A stretch of DNA of 64,000 nucleotides from Thermodesulfovibrionales bacterium (GTDB lineage: Bacteria > Nitrospirota > Thermodesulfovibrionia > Thermodesulfovibrionales > SM23-35): the NCBI GenBank assembly GCA_963715195.1, contig CAVQRT010000031.1:32001-96000 (forward strand), in the 5' to 3' direction. This document shows positions 32,976 to 43,460 of the stretch, piece by piece. The notes beneath the pieces were generated by a model, which saw only the letters and a list, made by a program, of their open reading frames with translations, had not been told where the DNA came from and ran no database searches. The position numbers and the translations under genes were made by a program. Each line of letters begins with the position of its first letter. The first letter of the stretch is position 1.

Positions 32976-32992
32976 AGCAAATTTCAGGCCAA
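32976..32992 (-). promoter_or_regulatory. Sigma54 (-24/-12) promoter of the pilus operon
   Basis: Minus strand TTGGC-CTGAAAT-TTGCT fits TGGC-N7-TTGC spacing. Confidence 0.7.
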
Positions 32993-33106
32993 TTCACATC
33001 ACAGCTTATATATTTACAACTGATTGATTAAATGGAATATTTTTCTTCACGAGAAAAGTTATGAGCATATCTCTGTCATGAAAACCTGCCAAATTTTGCC
33101 ATCCTA

Positions 33107-33607
33107 TCATTTCTTGTCTCTCGCTTTTTTCAACAATTCAACCATAGCACTCTCTCTCTGAACTAAAGCATATCGCAGGGCTGTCCATCCGTCTTTATCC
33201 CGTACATTTATGTCAGCCCTGTTTTTTATCAACAGCTCTGCGATTTGAAGATTTCCTTTATATGCGACATACATCAGCGCAGTATAACCGTCAATATTCT
33301 TTGCATCGACGTCAGCTCCATTCTGTATGAGCAACTGAGCCATCTCAAGATCGCCCTTTTCCGAAACTATCATGAGTGCAGTGCTTCCATCTTTATCCCT
33401 TGAATTGATATCCATACCCGCTTTGATAAATAATTCCATATGCTCTTTATTGCCTGACCTGACTTCGTTAAGAAATGCCTCCTGTGTAAATGACATCCCT
33501 TTCTTTTCGATCTTCTTTCTGTAGTCTTCCCCCCGAATGCACGAGAAAAGAATCATGCCGACAATGAGAATTATCGCTGCCTGAAAAGAAATTTTTTTTC
33601 TGCCCAC
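33107..33607 (-). CDS. Ankyrin-repeat lipoprotein
   Basis: LFSC lipobox-like; GSTALM, GYTALM and GWTAL repeats with GADVD/ADIN. Confidence 0.85.
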   Translation of the reverse strand: MGRKKISFQAAIILIVGMILFSCIRGEDYRKKIEKKGMSFTQEAFLNEVRSGNKEHMELFIKAGMDINSRDKDGSTALMIVSEKGDLEMAQLLIQNGADVDAKNIDGYTALMYVAYKGNLQIAELLIKNRADINVRDKDGWTALRYALVQRESAMVELLKKARDKK

Positions 33608-33711
33608 TCAACTCCCTGCCTTTCTCTCTTATTACACTCACGGAAATTATAAATTCTATTTGTAGTTTAGACAACACAAAAGGTAAACTCAAAATGGAAG
33701 GAGGATACCCG

Positions 33712-34617
33712 ATGGACAGGAGAAAATTCCTCAAATGTGTCGCGGTAACAGGGTGCGGATTGGCTTTGGGAGAGAACTTGTACTGCCTCCGCTTTTCAGA
33801 ATCAGCCGAAAAATACGATCTCATCGTAGCCCAGGGAAACGGAAAATCACCTGCATCAATTACAAAAGCCGCGATCGATGCATTTGGAGGCATCAGGAAA
33901 TTCATCTCCCGTGGCGACATCGTAATCATTAAACCCAATATCGGATGGGACAGGCTGCCTGAACAGGCGGCAAACACAAATCCTGAGGTTGTGGCTACCG
34001 TTGTGAAGCTCTGTTTCGAGGCAGGCGCCAAGAAGGTTAAGGTTTTCGACAGGACAGTCAATGATCCGAGAAGGTGTTATAAACAAAGCGGGATTGCCGG
34101 TGCCGTCAGTGCGCTCGGTGCAGATTTATCTTATATCGACGATCGGCGGTTCAGCGACATTTCAATTAAAGGGCAGGCCCTCAAATCATGGCCGCTTTAC
34201 CGGGACGTATTTGAAGCCGATAAAATCATCAACGTTCCGATAGCGAAACATCACGGCCTTGCGAAACTGACCATGGCGATGAAAAACTGGATGGGCATAA
34301 TGGGTGGTAAAAGGGGCAGGATACATCAGAAGATCGGTGAATCCCTCGCTGACATATGTCTTGTGGTAAAACCAACCCTCACCGTTTTGGATGCGGTTCG
34401 GATACTCACCGCGAATGGGCCCCAGGGAGGGAATCTGAACGATGTAAAAAGGATCGATACCATCGTGGTCGGCACAGACCAGGTTGCTGTCGATTCTTAC
34501 GGAGCAACATTGTTCGGAATGAAGGGTAGCGATCTTTCGTATGTGAGAGCCGGAGCGGCAATCGGTATCGGTATGATGGATCTGTCGAAATTGAAAATTA
34601 GGAATATCAGCGTTTAA
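33712..34617 (+). CDS. DUF362 family protein with Tat-like signal
   Basis: MDRRKFLK, IKPNIGWDR, ANTNPEVV, INVPIAKHH, LTMAMKN. Confidence 0.85.
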   Translation: MDRRKFLKCVAVTGCGLALGENLYCLRFSESAEKYDLIVAQGNGKSPASITKAAIDAFGGIRKFISRGDIVIIKPNIGWDRLPEQAANTNPEVVATVVKLCFEAGAKKVKVFDRTVNDPRRCYKQSGIAGAVSALGADLSYIDDRRFSDISIKGQALKSWPLYRDVFEADKIINVPIAKHHGLAKLTMAMKNWMGIMGGKRGRIHQKIGESLADICLVVKPTLTVLDAVRILTANGPQGGNLNDVKRIDTIVVGTDQVAVDSYGATLFGMKGSDLSYVRAGAAIGIGMMDLSKLKIRNISV

Positions 34618-34652
34618 TACAAAGAGAGGGATATCGTATTTGCGCTCATTCT

Positions 34653-34846
34653 CGGTCAAGATCCCGAGAACCTATCTCAAAATTAAGTCATACCGGCGAT
34701 GCCGGATCCAGTGACTGTAGTATACTGAATTGGCTATTCATAGCTCTTCTTTTATATAATAATAAGGCAAATTCACTGGATTCGGGTCGAGCCGAATACA
34801 AGAAAACTCGCGCAGAAAGGTTCTAGTACATTCGGGATCTTGACTG
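34653..34846. mobile_element. Nested non-autonomous element: hairpin containing MITE-like ends and a REP-like doublet
   Basis: Outer IR GTCAAGATCCCGA/TCGGGATCTTGAC; inner IR AGAACCTATCT/AGAAAGGTTCT; core GTCATACCGGCGATGCCGGATCCAGTGA...TCACTGGATTCGG. Confidence 0.55.
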
Positions 34847-34901
34847 CCGGCAAAAAAATCCGCCCAAATATGATATCCCTCTCTTCGAGACAACTGTATT
34901 T

Positions 34902-36444
34902 ATGAAAAAACTGAGAATAGTCTCTCAGGGCATTTTCCTGTTACTTTTCGTCTTCCTCTTTATCCAGACGGAATCAAAAGGGGATGACACGCTCGGCTAC
35001 CCCGTAAGGCTTTTCCTCGACTTTGACCCGCTTATTTTTCTCACCACATTTCTGGCAGCGCGGGCGAAGGAACTACCTGCCGCCTTCTTTCTCTCCCTGA
35101 TTGTAGTGCTTATGACCATGGTGCTCGGAAGGGTATTCTGCGGTTGGATATGCCCCCTGGGGACGCTGAATAATATCGTAGGATCTTTGAAAAAGCGCTC
35201 CATCAAACCGATATATTCCCTCTACAGAATCAAATACTACATCCTCATCATGCTCATCATTACATCGGTATTCACGCTCCAAATTGCCGGCATCATGGAC
35301 CCCTTATCCTTACTCATCAGGTCTTTTTCACTGAGCGTTTACCCTCTGATAAACTACGGCTTGCACAGTTTTTTTGACACAATTTACCATGCAAATATTT
35401 CTCTGATCGTTGACCTGTCTGAATCAGTCTACGCCTTTCTGAAAAAGTCTTTTCTCGCATTCCGTCAGCCTCACTATCTTCAGGCGGTATTTATCGGCTT
35501 GCTGTTCTTTTCGATATTAGCCCTGAATATCGTCGAGAAAAGATTCTGGTGCAAATATCTCTGCCCGCTGGGTGCCCTTCTCGGGCTCTTGTCCCGGTTC
35601 TCCCTCCTCAAGCGCGAAGTAAGTGAAGGGTGCACCTCATGCGGAATATGTAACGCCTCTTGCCAGGGAGGAGCACTTGCCGAGAACAAACAGGAATGGA
35701 GAAACACAGAATGTTTCGCCTGTTTCACCTGCGATGATGTCTGTCCGAACAATGCGGTACGCTTCGGCATCGGGGAAAAAGATGGTTCCGTCCATGGATC
35801 TCGGCAGGAGGCAATTGATCCTTTCGATGCTCTCGGGTTTCATCGCTGTGCCGCTGATACGGTCAACGCCTTTTGCCCGGACGCATTTTTCAAACCCTGA
35901 ATTGCTGAGACCGCCGGGTGCACTCGAAGAAAAGGAGTTTCTGAAACGATGTGTAAAATGCGGCGAATGCATGAAAGTCTGCACAACAAATGGCCTGCAG
36001 CCTGCCTTTCTCGAATCAGGATTTGAAGGCCTCTGGTCTCCGCGGCTTATCCCGAGAATTGGATACTGTGAATACCGATGCTCGCTCTGCGGGCAGGTCT
36101 GCCCGTCCGGCGCAATCCAAAAACTGCCCCTGGAGGAAAAAGTAAAAGTTAAGATCGGTCTTGCAATGATTGATACAGGCAGATGCCTGCCTCATGCACA
36201 CGGAATCCCCTGCATCGTATGTGAAGAAGTCTGCCCGACACCAAAAAAGGCGATATGGTTCGAGGAAAAGACGGTAAAAAACAGAGAAGGGCTGGATACT
36301 TTCGTAAAACAGCCGCATGTTGACCTTGATCTCTGCATTGGCTGCGGCATATGTGAAGCAAAGTGCCCCGTCGGGACAAAAGCAGCTATCTACGTGACCA
36401 GTATCGGGGAGTCCCGGTCACCATCAAATCAACTTCTCCTGTAG
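34902..36444 (+). CDS. Membrane polyferredoxin (NapH/MauN-like fused to NapG/MauM-like), frameshift near 35772
   Basis: GRVFCGWICPLG, RFWCKYLCPLG and CxxCxxCxxxC clusters; the second frame continues DLGRRQ...LRPPGA...CVKCGECMKVC. Confidence 0.8.
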
Positions 36445-36454
36445 TAAACAATCA

Positions 36455-37075
36455 CTATTCCTGAGATTGTTTGACGAATTTTTCCCTGAACCATCTCATA
36501 ATGTCATCATATGACGGAGGGGTTATGAGAAAAACTTCAATATCCTGTGGGAACTGGATTTTTGACCTGTCTTCATCTTTCATAAAAAGCAGGCCCGCCT
36601 CTGATTCAGTAAGATTGCTGTCTATTACGTTCGTGAAATGCTGAAGCCTTTTCTCTGAAAAATCCTTGTAGAAGTCAAGAATTTTGGAAAATACTTCTTT
36701 GGTAAAAACAACCCGCAGGCAGTTGCCCCAGTCTGTATAAGGTCCGAGTATGTCCTTGTTTTCGAGCGGGACGAGGGTGCTCCCTTCATCCAGCTTCTTT
36801 TTGATAATCTGGAGCATTCGCTCGTTGATCTTGCCGAGAAGATCGAGCGCCTCATCTCCCTGCTGATACACAATTTCGCAGAATATCTTCTGCGCCTTTC
36901 CGGCTGCCTCGATCTTTTCTATCTGGCGGTCAACCTCATCCCAGTATTTGGTGACAAGCTCCCGATAATCACTATCCGCTTCATCAAACGTGTAGATATT
37001 GGCAATACAGTAAAGTTTCCGTTTCCCGGAAAACTCTCCTGCGTGCGGCCTTTGAATCTGTCCTAATTCAACCAT
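36455..37075 (-). CDS. Hypothetical protein (206 aa)
   Basis: Long ORF 5 nt downstream of hisG, same strand. Confidence 0.7.
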   Translation of the reverse strand: MVELGQIQRPHAGEFSGKRKLYCIANIYTFDEADSDYRELVTKYWDEVDRQIEKIEAAGKAQKIFCEIVYQQGDEALDLLGKINERMLQIIKKKLDEGSTLVPLENKDILGPYTDWGNCLRVVFTKEVFSKILDFYKDFSEKRLQHFTNVIDSNLTESEAGLLFMKDEDRSKIQFPQDIEVFLITPPSYDDIMRWFREKFVKQSQE

Positions 37076-37080
37076 GCCGG

Positions 37081-37956
37081 CTAAGGGATTACCTTATTCA
37101 GTTGATACTCGACAATTCCCTCTGCGCCTGCCATCTTCAGCTTCGGAATCAATTCACGCACCAGCTTTTCATTGATCATAACCTCAAGGGCAAACCAATT
37201 CTGATCCGACAGTGATGATAAGGTAGGAGAGTGCATGGCGGACAGCAGGCTCATTACCCTTTTCAGCGCCCGGACAGGGACATTCATCTTCAGTCCAACT
37301 TTTTCCTCCGCAGCAAGAGCGCCCCTGAGAAGCAGCACGATGTTTTCCATCTTCTGTTTTTTCCACCGGTCATTCCACGCCTTCCTGTTCGCAATAAACC
37401 GGGTACTGGACTCAAGAATCGTGTCGATAACCCTGAGGTTATTCGCCCTGAGAGAGGTCCCCGTTTCTGTAAGCTCAACAATGGCATCCGCAAGATGCGG
37501 CGGCTTCACCTCTGTAGCGCCCCAGGAAAAATCAATCCGAGCGGTCACGTTCTTTGATTTCAAATATCGTTTGGTAAATCCGACGAGTTCTGTTGCAATG
37601 CGTTTCCCGTTCAGATCCCTGACCGTTTTAATCTTCGAATCGTTCGGGACCGCGATGACCCACTTGACGGGCCTGAGTCCCTCTTTTGCATAAATAAGCT
37701 CGGCAACTTCATGCACTGATGCATTCTGCTCAAGGATCCAGTCTTTCCCGGTGAGACCGCAATCAAGAATGCCGGATTCGACGTATCCTGCCATTTCCTG
37801 GGCCCTGATCAGCATAGCCTCTATCTCAGGGTCGTCAAAAGAGGGATAATAAGAACGGCTTGATACCGAAATATGATATCCTGCCTTTCTGAACAATTTC
37901 AGCGTCGACTCCTGAAGACTTCCCTTGGGAAGCCCCAGTTTTAATATCTTGCTCAT
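37081..37956 (-). CDS. hisG: ATP phosphoribosyltransferase (long form)
   Basis: [35 protein letters not shown]-terminal regulatory domain. Confidence 0.95.
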   Translation of the reverse strand: MSKILKLGLPKGSLQESTLKLFRKAGYHISVSSRSYYPSFDDPEIEAMLIRAQEMAGYVESGILDCGLTGKDWILEQNASVHEVAELIYAKEGLRPVKWVIAVPNDSKIKTVRDLNGKRIATELVGFTKRYLKSKNVTARIDFSWGATEVKPPHLADAIVELTETGTSLRANNLRVIDTILESSTRFIANRKAWNDRWKKQKMENIVLLLRGALAAEEKVGLKMNVPVRALKRVMSLLSAMHSPTLSSLSDQNWFALEVMINEKLVRELIPKLKMAGAEGIVEYQLNKVIP

Positions 37957-38061
37957 GATTGAACCTTCCTTATAATAACGTTCTGTGTGCTATAATGGAG
38001 TTATACTTTATCATATCAATACTCCTGTGACAACCTGATCGTACGCAATTACAAATCCCCT

Positions 38062-41000
38062 GTGACGTTCTCAATGGATTTTACACCTTTACACAATATT
38101 ATTGAGTCCGGCTTCAAAGAAGGGCGTGTCTATAACCTAACCGGTTCTGCATCCGCCCTTCTCTTCGCACTGTGTGATGAACCATTTTTTGTCGTTGAAT
38201 TCACAGACGAGCTTGCACAGCAGCTCTGCAAAGACATCAATTTCTTCAGGGAAGCACTGAAAAAAGATCCGGTTCGTTTTCTTCCCGAGCCCGACGGGCC
38301 TGCCCGCGCCGGAAAGAGGGCAGAAATAATTGCCTCTTTTACCCCGCAGGTCTCTCTGGTCAGCTCATTCAGAAATCTTGGGCAATGCATCTGGTCGCAT
38401 GCCGATATACAGAGGGTCTCAGTAGAACTGGTTAGAGGGCATGAGACCAGCAGGTCTGCCAATGATAGAAGACTCCAGGATATGGGTTACCGGCATGTTC
38501 CACTTGTAACAGAACAAGGAGAGTTCAGCAGGCGCGGATGGCTGCTGGATATCTTCCCTTCAACGTCGGATGTGCCGCTTCGACTCGAATTTTTCGGAGA
38601 TGAAATAGAGAGCATAAAAACCTTTGCCGTCGACACCCAGCGATCGGCATCGGATATTTCCACTTTCACCCTTTTTCCTGCGGAGGAACCATCCTCAGGC
38701 ATCAGCCTGCTCGAATTCACAAAAGGGATACAGTACTTTTTCTCTGATTCAATCCAGGAGCGTGACGGCCTGCCCCAGGGAATAACATTTTTCTCTCGTT
38801 ACTCGATAAAGGGACCCGGATATGAAGCGGAAACTCTCCCGCTTAAGGGTCTGGGCATCCTTCCTGAAGAGAGGAGGAACATCTATGATCTCGCGCACAG
38901 CATCAAACTTCTTCAGAATGAAAACAGGATCATCTTTGTCACTTCATCGCAAAGCCAGGCAGAAAGGCTGAAAGATATACTTCGGGAAGGCGATATTATC
39001 GCACCAATTGTGGAACAAACTGATATGTTGACCTATAAAGGACACGTTGCGATAACGACCGGGGCCCTTTCAGAAGGCCTGCACCTCCCGGGATTCTTCA
39101 TGCTGACCGAACGGGAACTGTTCGGCAGCAGGCCGGAATACAGGCCGATTAAAAAATCAAGGGTGTCGCAACTCCTCACCTCTCTTGATGATCTTATGCC
39201 GCAGGATTTTGTCGTTCACAAGGATCACGGGATTGGAAAATTCACAGGCCTCATCAACCAGAATATTGAAGGTGTGCAGGAAGACCTCATGGTCATCGAG
39301 TATGACGGCGGCAGGTTATACCTGCCGCTCCAGGGTATCACGAGGATCACGAAATATCATAGTGAGGAAGGTTTTTCACCAAAGCTTGACAGACTCGGCG
39401 GAAAAACCTGGCAGAAGACAAAGGAGAAAGCACAGAGGAAAATCAGGGAGCTGGCGGAAAAACTCATTGCGCTCCATGCCCGGAGAGAGATTCACAAGGG
39501 GTTCTCATTCAGCCCCGATACCGAACTTCACAGGGAATTCGAAAGTTTTTTTCCTTATGAAGAGACTCCCGACCAGATAAAAGCTACAGAGGAAATCAAG
39601 AGAGACATGGAGTCTGGAAAGCCGATGGACCGTCTCCTCTGTGGCGATGTCGGGTACGGAAAAACAGAGGTCGCGATGAAAGCGGCTTTTAAGGCAGTCT
39701 ACGACGGGATGCAGGTCGCTGTGCTTGTGCCTACTACAATCCTCTGTGAACAGCATTGCCGGAATTTTCTTTCACGGTTCTCGGCCTTTCCCGTTCGTGT
39801 CGACTATCTCAGCAGGTTCAAATCAAGAAAACAGCAGGCAGAAACCCTGAAAGCACTTGCACAGGGTGATATTGACATCATCATCGGCACCCATAGCCTC
39901 CTCGGAAAGGGAACGGCATTTCATAAGCTCGGGCTCCTCATTATCGATGAAGAGCACAGATTCGGCGTCAGACAGAAGGAAAAGATCAAAGAGCTCAGAA
40001 CAGGCGTTGATGTTTTGACCCTCACGGCAACCCCGATACCAAGAACGCTCTCTATGGCTTTGTCGGATATACGGGATATGAGTGTCATTGAAACACCTCC
40101 CGAGGAAAGGTTTGCTGTCAAAAGCACCGTATGCCGGTTCGACAGGGACTTGATCAGGGAGGCAATCGAGAGAGAGCTGGAGCGGAACGGCCAGGTCTTT
40201 TTCGTACATAACAGAATCAAGGATATTCATAAGATTGCAGGGTTTCTTCAGGGGCTTGTTCCTTCATCGCGAATTACGGTTGCACACGGGCAGATGGATG
40301 AAAAGCAGCTCGAAAAGGTCATGCTCGATTTTTACCGGCACAATACGGATGTCCTTGTATCAACCGCAATCATCGGTGCCGGTCTTGATATACCGACTGC
40401 AAACACCATCATGATCAATCGTGCCGACTTGATGGGGCTTGCCGATCTCTATCAACTGAAAGGCCGTGTAGGACGATCCAGCATCAGGGCTTTTGCGTAC
40501 TTTCTCATCCCCGGAGAAGATGCCATTACTGAGGAGGCCAGGATGAGGTTGCAGGCAATCCAGGAAATGAGCTATCTCGGAGCAGGCTTCAGGCTTGCGC
40601 TCAAGGACCTTGAGATCAGGGGCGCCGGCAATCTCCTGGGAGCCGAGCAATCCGGTCATGTCCATGACGTCGGGTTCGACCTCTATATGGAAATGCTGGA
40701 AAAGGCTGTTGCAGAATTCAGGGGGCTGAAAATTGAAGATGAATTTGAACCCTCCATTCAGTTAAAAATCAATGCCTTCATTCCTGAAGAATACGTCGAT
40801 GATATGACATTACGCTTAAGCCTCTACCGGAAAATCGCATCCGCAAAAAGGCATGAGGCAGTGGAGGAAATCGAGTCTGAAATGAGAGACCGTTTTGGCA
40901 AGATTCCCGCACAGGTTACAAACCTCACAGATATTATGAGACTGAAAATTCTTGCACGCGAACTCCTGATAACAAAAATCCAGGACAGAAACAGATGGAT

Positions 41001-41199
41001 TCGGATCGAATTTTCTCCGGAAACCGGTCTTGAAGCGCATGACATCCTGTTGCTCGGCAAGGAAATGGATCGGAAAATACGCTTTCTCCCTGAGGGATTT
41101 GAGATGAACATTGGGGGAATCGGGTGGCCGGCGGTTTACAGGGCAATAACCGAAGCTCTCCAAAGATTAAAAAAATCCTCCGCTTTACTTGTTCCATGA
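38062..41199 (+). CDS. mfd: Transcription-repair coupling factor
   Basis: VVHKDHGIGKF, MDRLLCGDVGYGKTEVA, DEEHRFGV, TATPIPRTL, QLKGRVGRS, DLEIRGAGNLLG. Confidence 0.95.
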   Translation: MTFSMDFTPLHNIIESGFKEGRVYNLTGSASALLFALCDEPFFVVEFTDELAQQLCKDINFFREALKKDPVRFLPEPDGPARAGKRAEIIASFTPQVSLVSSFRNLGQCIWSHADIQRVSVELVRGHETSRSANDRRLQDMGYRHVPLVTEQGEFSRRGWLLDIFPSTSDVPLRLEFFGDEIESIKTFAVDTQRSASDISTFTLFPAEEPSSGISLLEFTKGIQYFFSDSIQERDGLPQGITFFSRYSIKGPGYEAETLPLKGLGILPEERRNIYDLAHSIKLLQNENRIIFVTSSQSQAERLKDILREGDIIAPIVEQTDMLTYKGHVAITTGALSEGLHLPGFFMLTERELFGSRPEYRPIKKSRVSQLLTSLDDLMPQDFVVHKDHGIGKFTGLINQNIEGVQEDLMVIEYDGGRLYLPLQGITRITKYHSEEGFSPKLDRLGGKTWQKTKEKAQRKIRELAEKLIALHARREIHKGFSFSPDTELHREFESFFPYEETPDQIKATEEIKRDMESGKPMDRLLCGDVGYGKTEVAMKAAFKAVYDGMQVAVLVPTTILCEQHCRNFLSRFSAFPVRVDYLSRFKSRKQQAETLKALAQGDIDIIIGTHSLLGKGTAFHKLGLLIIDEEHRFGVRQKEKIKELRTGVDVLTLTATPIPRTLSMALSDIRDMSVIETPPEERFAVKSTVCRFDRDLIREAIERELERNGQVFFVHNRIKDIHKIAGFLQGLVPSSRITVAHGQMDEKQLEKVMLDFYRHNTDVLVSTAIIGAGLDIPTANTIMINRADLMGLADLYQLKGRVGRSSIRAFAYFLIPGEDAITEEARMRLQAIQEMSYLGAGFRLALKDLEIRGAGNLLGAEQSGHVHDVGFDLYMEMLEKAVAEFRGLKIEDEFEPSIQLKINAFIPEEYVDDMTLRLSLYRKIASAKRHEAVEEIESEMRDRFGKIPAQVTNLTDIMRLKILARELLITKIQDRNRWIRIEFSPETGLEAHDILLLGKEMDRKIRFLPEGFEMNIGGIGWPAVYRAITEALQRLKKSSALLVP

Positions 41200-41247
41200 T
41201 TTCTGATACCTTTAAAAGATTATGATAAATATTCAGGAGAACACAGG

Positions 41248-41955
41248 ATGCTGAGATTATTCGCCTTCTTTATTGCTGTTACCATTGCGGGTTCGTGTTC
41301 CGGGATATCAGAAAAAAATATCAAGAATGCACAGTATCATTACCAGCTTGGCATTTCGTATCTGAACGACAACAATATTCAACCCGCTTTTACAGAACTG
41401 CACATGGCCATGGAACTCAATCCTCATGATAAAGAGACGCACAATGCCCTCGGCGTCATCTATCTTACAAAGCTCGAGGATTATGGCAAAGCAATAGAAC
41501 AATTTCAGAAAGCCCTCGAGATTGACGAAGACTATTCTGAAGCCGCAACGAACCTGGGGAATACTTATGCGAATATGAAGCAATATGACAAAGCTATCGA
41601 ATCATACAAGAAAGCAGTATCCAATCCCCAGTACAAAAATGCAGCAATGGCACTGAATAATCTCGGTATGGTATATTATAGACTTTTAAAATTTGATGAG
41701 GCCCTCTCCGCATTTAAAGAGGCTTTAAAGAGATATTCGGATTTTCAAGCCCCGTATTACGGGCTTGCCCTCAGCTACAACGCCAAGGGACACTATGGCG
41801 ATGCTGCCGTTGCCATAAAGCGGGCCATTGAACTCGATCCGCTGTATAAAGGGAACTTTGACCAGGCAATAGCTGATCTCCGGAACCAGAAATTACGGGC
41901 AAGAGACGAGCAGGAGCAGGATATCGCTGATTACCTTGAAATCATCCAGTATTAG
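41248..41955 (+). CDS. TPR lipoprotein (PilF/PilW-like)
   Basis: IAGSC lipobox-like; TPR units HYQLG, HNALG, TNLGN, LNNLG. Confidence 0.75.
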   Translation: MLRLFAFFIAVTIAGSCSGISEKNIKNAQYHYQLGISYLNDNNIQPAFTELHMAMELNPHDKETHNALGVIYLTKLEDYGKAIEQFQKALEIDEDYSEAATNLGNTYANMKQYDKAIESYKKAVSNPQYKNAAMALNNLGMVYYRLLKFDEALSAFKEALKRYSDFQAPYYGLALSYNAKGHYGDAAVAIKRAIELDPLYKGNFDQAIADLRNQKLRARDEQEQDIADYLEIIQY

Positions 41956-41966
41956 CTGTCATCATT

Positions 41967-42046
<80 letters not shown>

Positions 42047-42397
42047 TAAAATCCCTATTTTTCAATAAGTTACAATCATAAAAACGTCAAAAATACTGTG
42101 TCTGAACTGTGTCTAGAAATTCAAAAGGAAATACTCCCCACCTGCATAAAACCTTTAATTCTTTTTCGATTGCTTATGCCGTTTTCGCTATGTTTTTTTC
42201 CGCGTTACTTTTGTTGACTCCCCAAAAAGTCTTTACTACAACAAATCTTTACCTTTCCTTACTGCTTACTGAATGAGGCATTAAAAAGACGTATTCAGGC
42301 AGTGGAGCAGATTTTATAAGAACACATATGAATGATTTCGCAGAAGTATTAATGGAGATACTTTATACTAAGGTTTGAAGTGTTAAAAAATGTGAAA

Positions 42398-42595
42398 ATG
42401 AACGGTTACCAAAAAATTGTCTTAATCTTTGGAATATTGATTCTGTTCATAAGCCTTATTCCATCTGATGACATAAGTCACGCTGCTTTCTCGATGGAAA
42501 CACTCCTCAAAGGGTTGGGAATTGCAGCGGTAATGGGTCTGTTTCTTTATGCATTTAAAGATCTGGGAAAAGGAAAAGTTAAGAAGAAGAAATAG
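42398..42595 (+). CDS. Small two-TM hypothetical membrane protein
   Basis: Two hydrophobic stretches and a basic C-terminal tail. Confidence 0.45.
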   Translation: MNGYQKIVLIFGILILFISLIPSDDISHAAFSMETLLKGLGIAAVMGLFLYAFKDLGKGKVKKKK

Positions 42596-42741
42596 AACAA
42601 ACCAACATTACCCAAAACTCAGAGTATAAAGAAATGATTCACCCAGTTCCTGAAAAGTGCTCACCGAAGCAAATCTTCTTAAATCAACCCGTCCCTGTGT
42701 ATTCCTCTGCATAACAGACAAGCGCGAACTAACAACGGGTC

Positions 42742-43271
42742 GTCTGGTAGCCAGGGTTCATTGCTGAACCCCAGCCCCATTAGAACTGTGCTTGTCAGTT
42801 TCCCGACACACAGCTCAAGCTTTTCCTAAGCCACTTTCAGCAGCCGGTTTCACAACATCCAACGTCCAGCCCAAAACCTTTCTATGGCAACCACGATGAA
42901 TCAATCTCAGGTTTGACAAATTGTCTCTCCTCCGATAGCCGTGACGTCCGTGTAATCCCATATTAAAAGAGATTAACCGGCTATTCACCTTTTTGGTTCA
43001 AGCCTCTCAGCATCTTTGGCTTGTCTATGTTCACGAAGTTTATCAGCAGTTCACATATGTTGGTCATGCCATCAAGCCCGACACCTTATCCACCGCGATG
43101 CTGGCAGATATCTCATTGCCTCACGGCTTTGATTAGATCTTTCGATCAGGTTATCCTTTTCCTGCCACGCACTTTATTCAGGGCAGTAGGCTACCTCTAA
43201 CGGAATAGAGGGTTCCCTGATAACAATACTCTGCTATCTGAAACAATTACTTATGCGACTTCTTGTCGCAC
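42742..43271 (-). ncRNA. Group II intron, 530 nt, intron-encoded RT deleted
   Basis: 5' GTGCGACAAGAAGTCGCA; domain V GAGCTGTGTGTCGGGAAACTGACAAGCACAGTTC; domain VI ending CTACCAGAC; residual HNH-like tail DNLSNLRLIHRGCHRK. Confidence 0.85.
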
Positions 43272-43460
43272 TCAATATCACATAGTACTCGTCAGCAGGC
43301 TTATTTGTTATCAATGAAGTTTTCTAAATCAAATATGCATACAGTGTATATTTGTTCAAAGGGAAGGTTTGCTATGTAAACTGCTAGTGGATATTCTCTT
43401 ATTCAATATTTCTACTTCAAAGCCATTTCTATGAATGGCGATGGGCGTAATTCAAAATCA

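Noticed and set aside
35765..35785. Programmed frameshifting at GGGGAAAAAG in the polyferredoxin gene
   Set aside because: It cannot be distinguished from the many other homopolymer indels in this window, and no stimulatory structure is evident.
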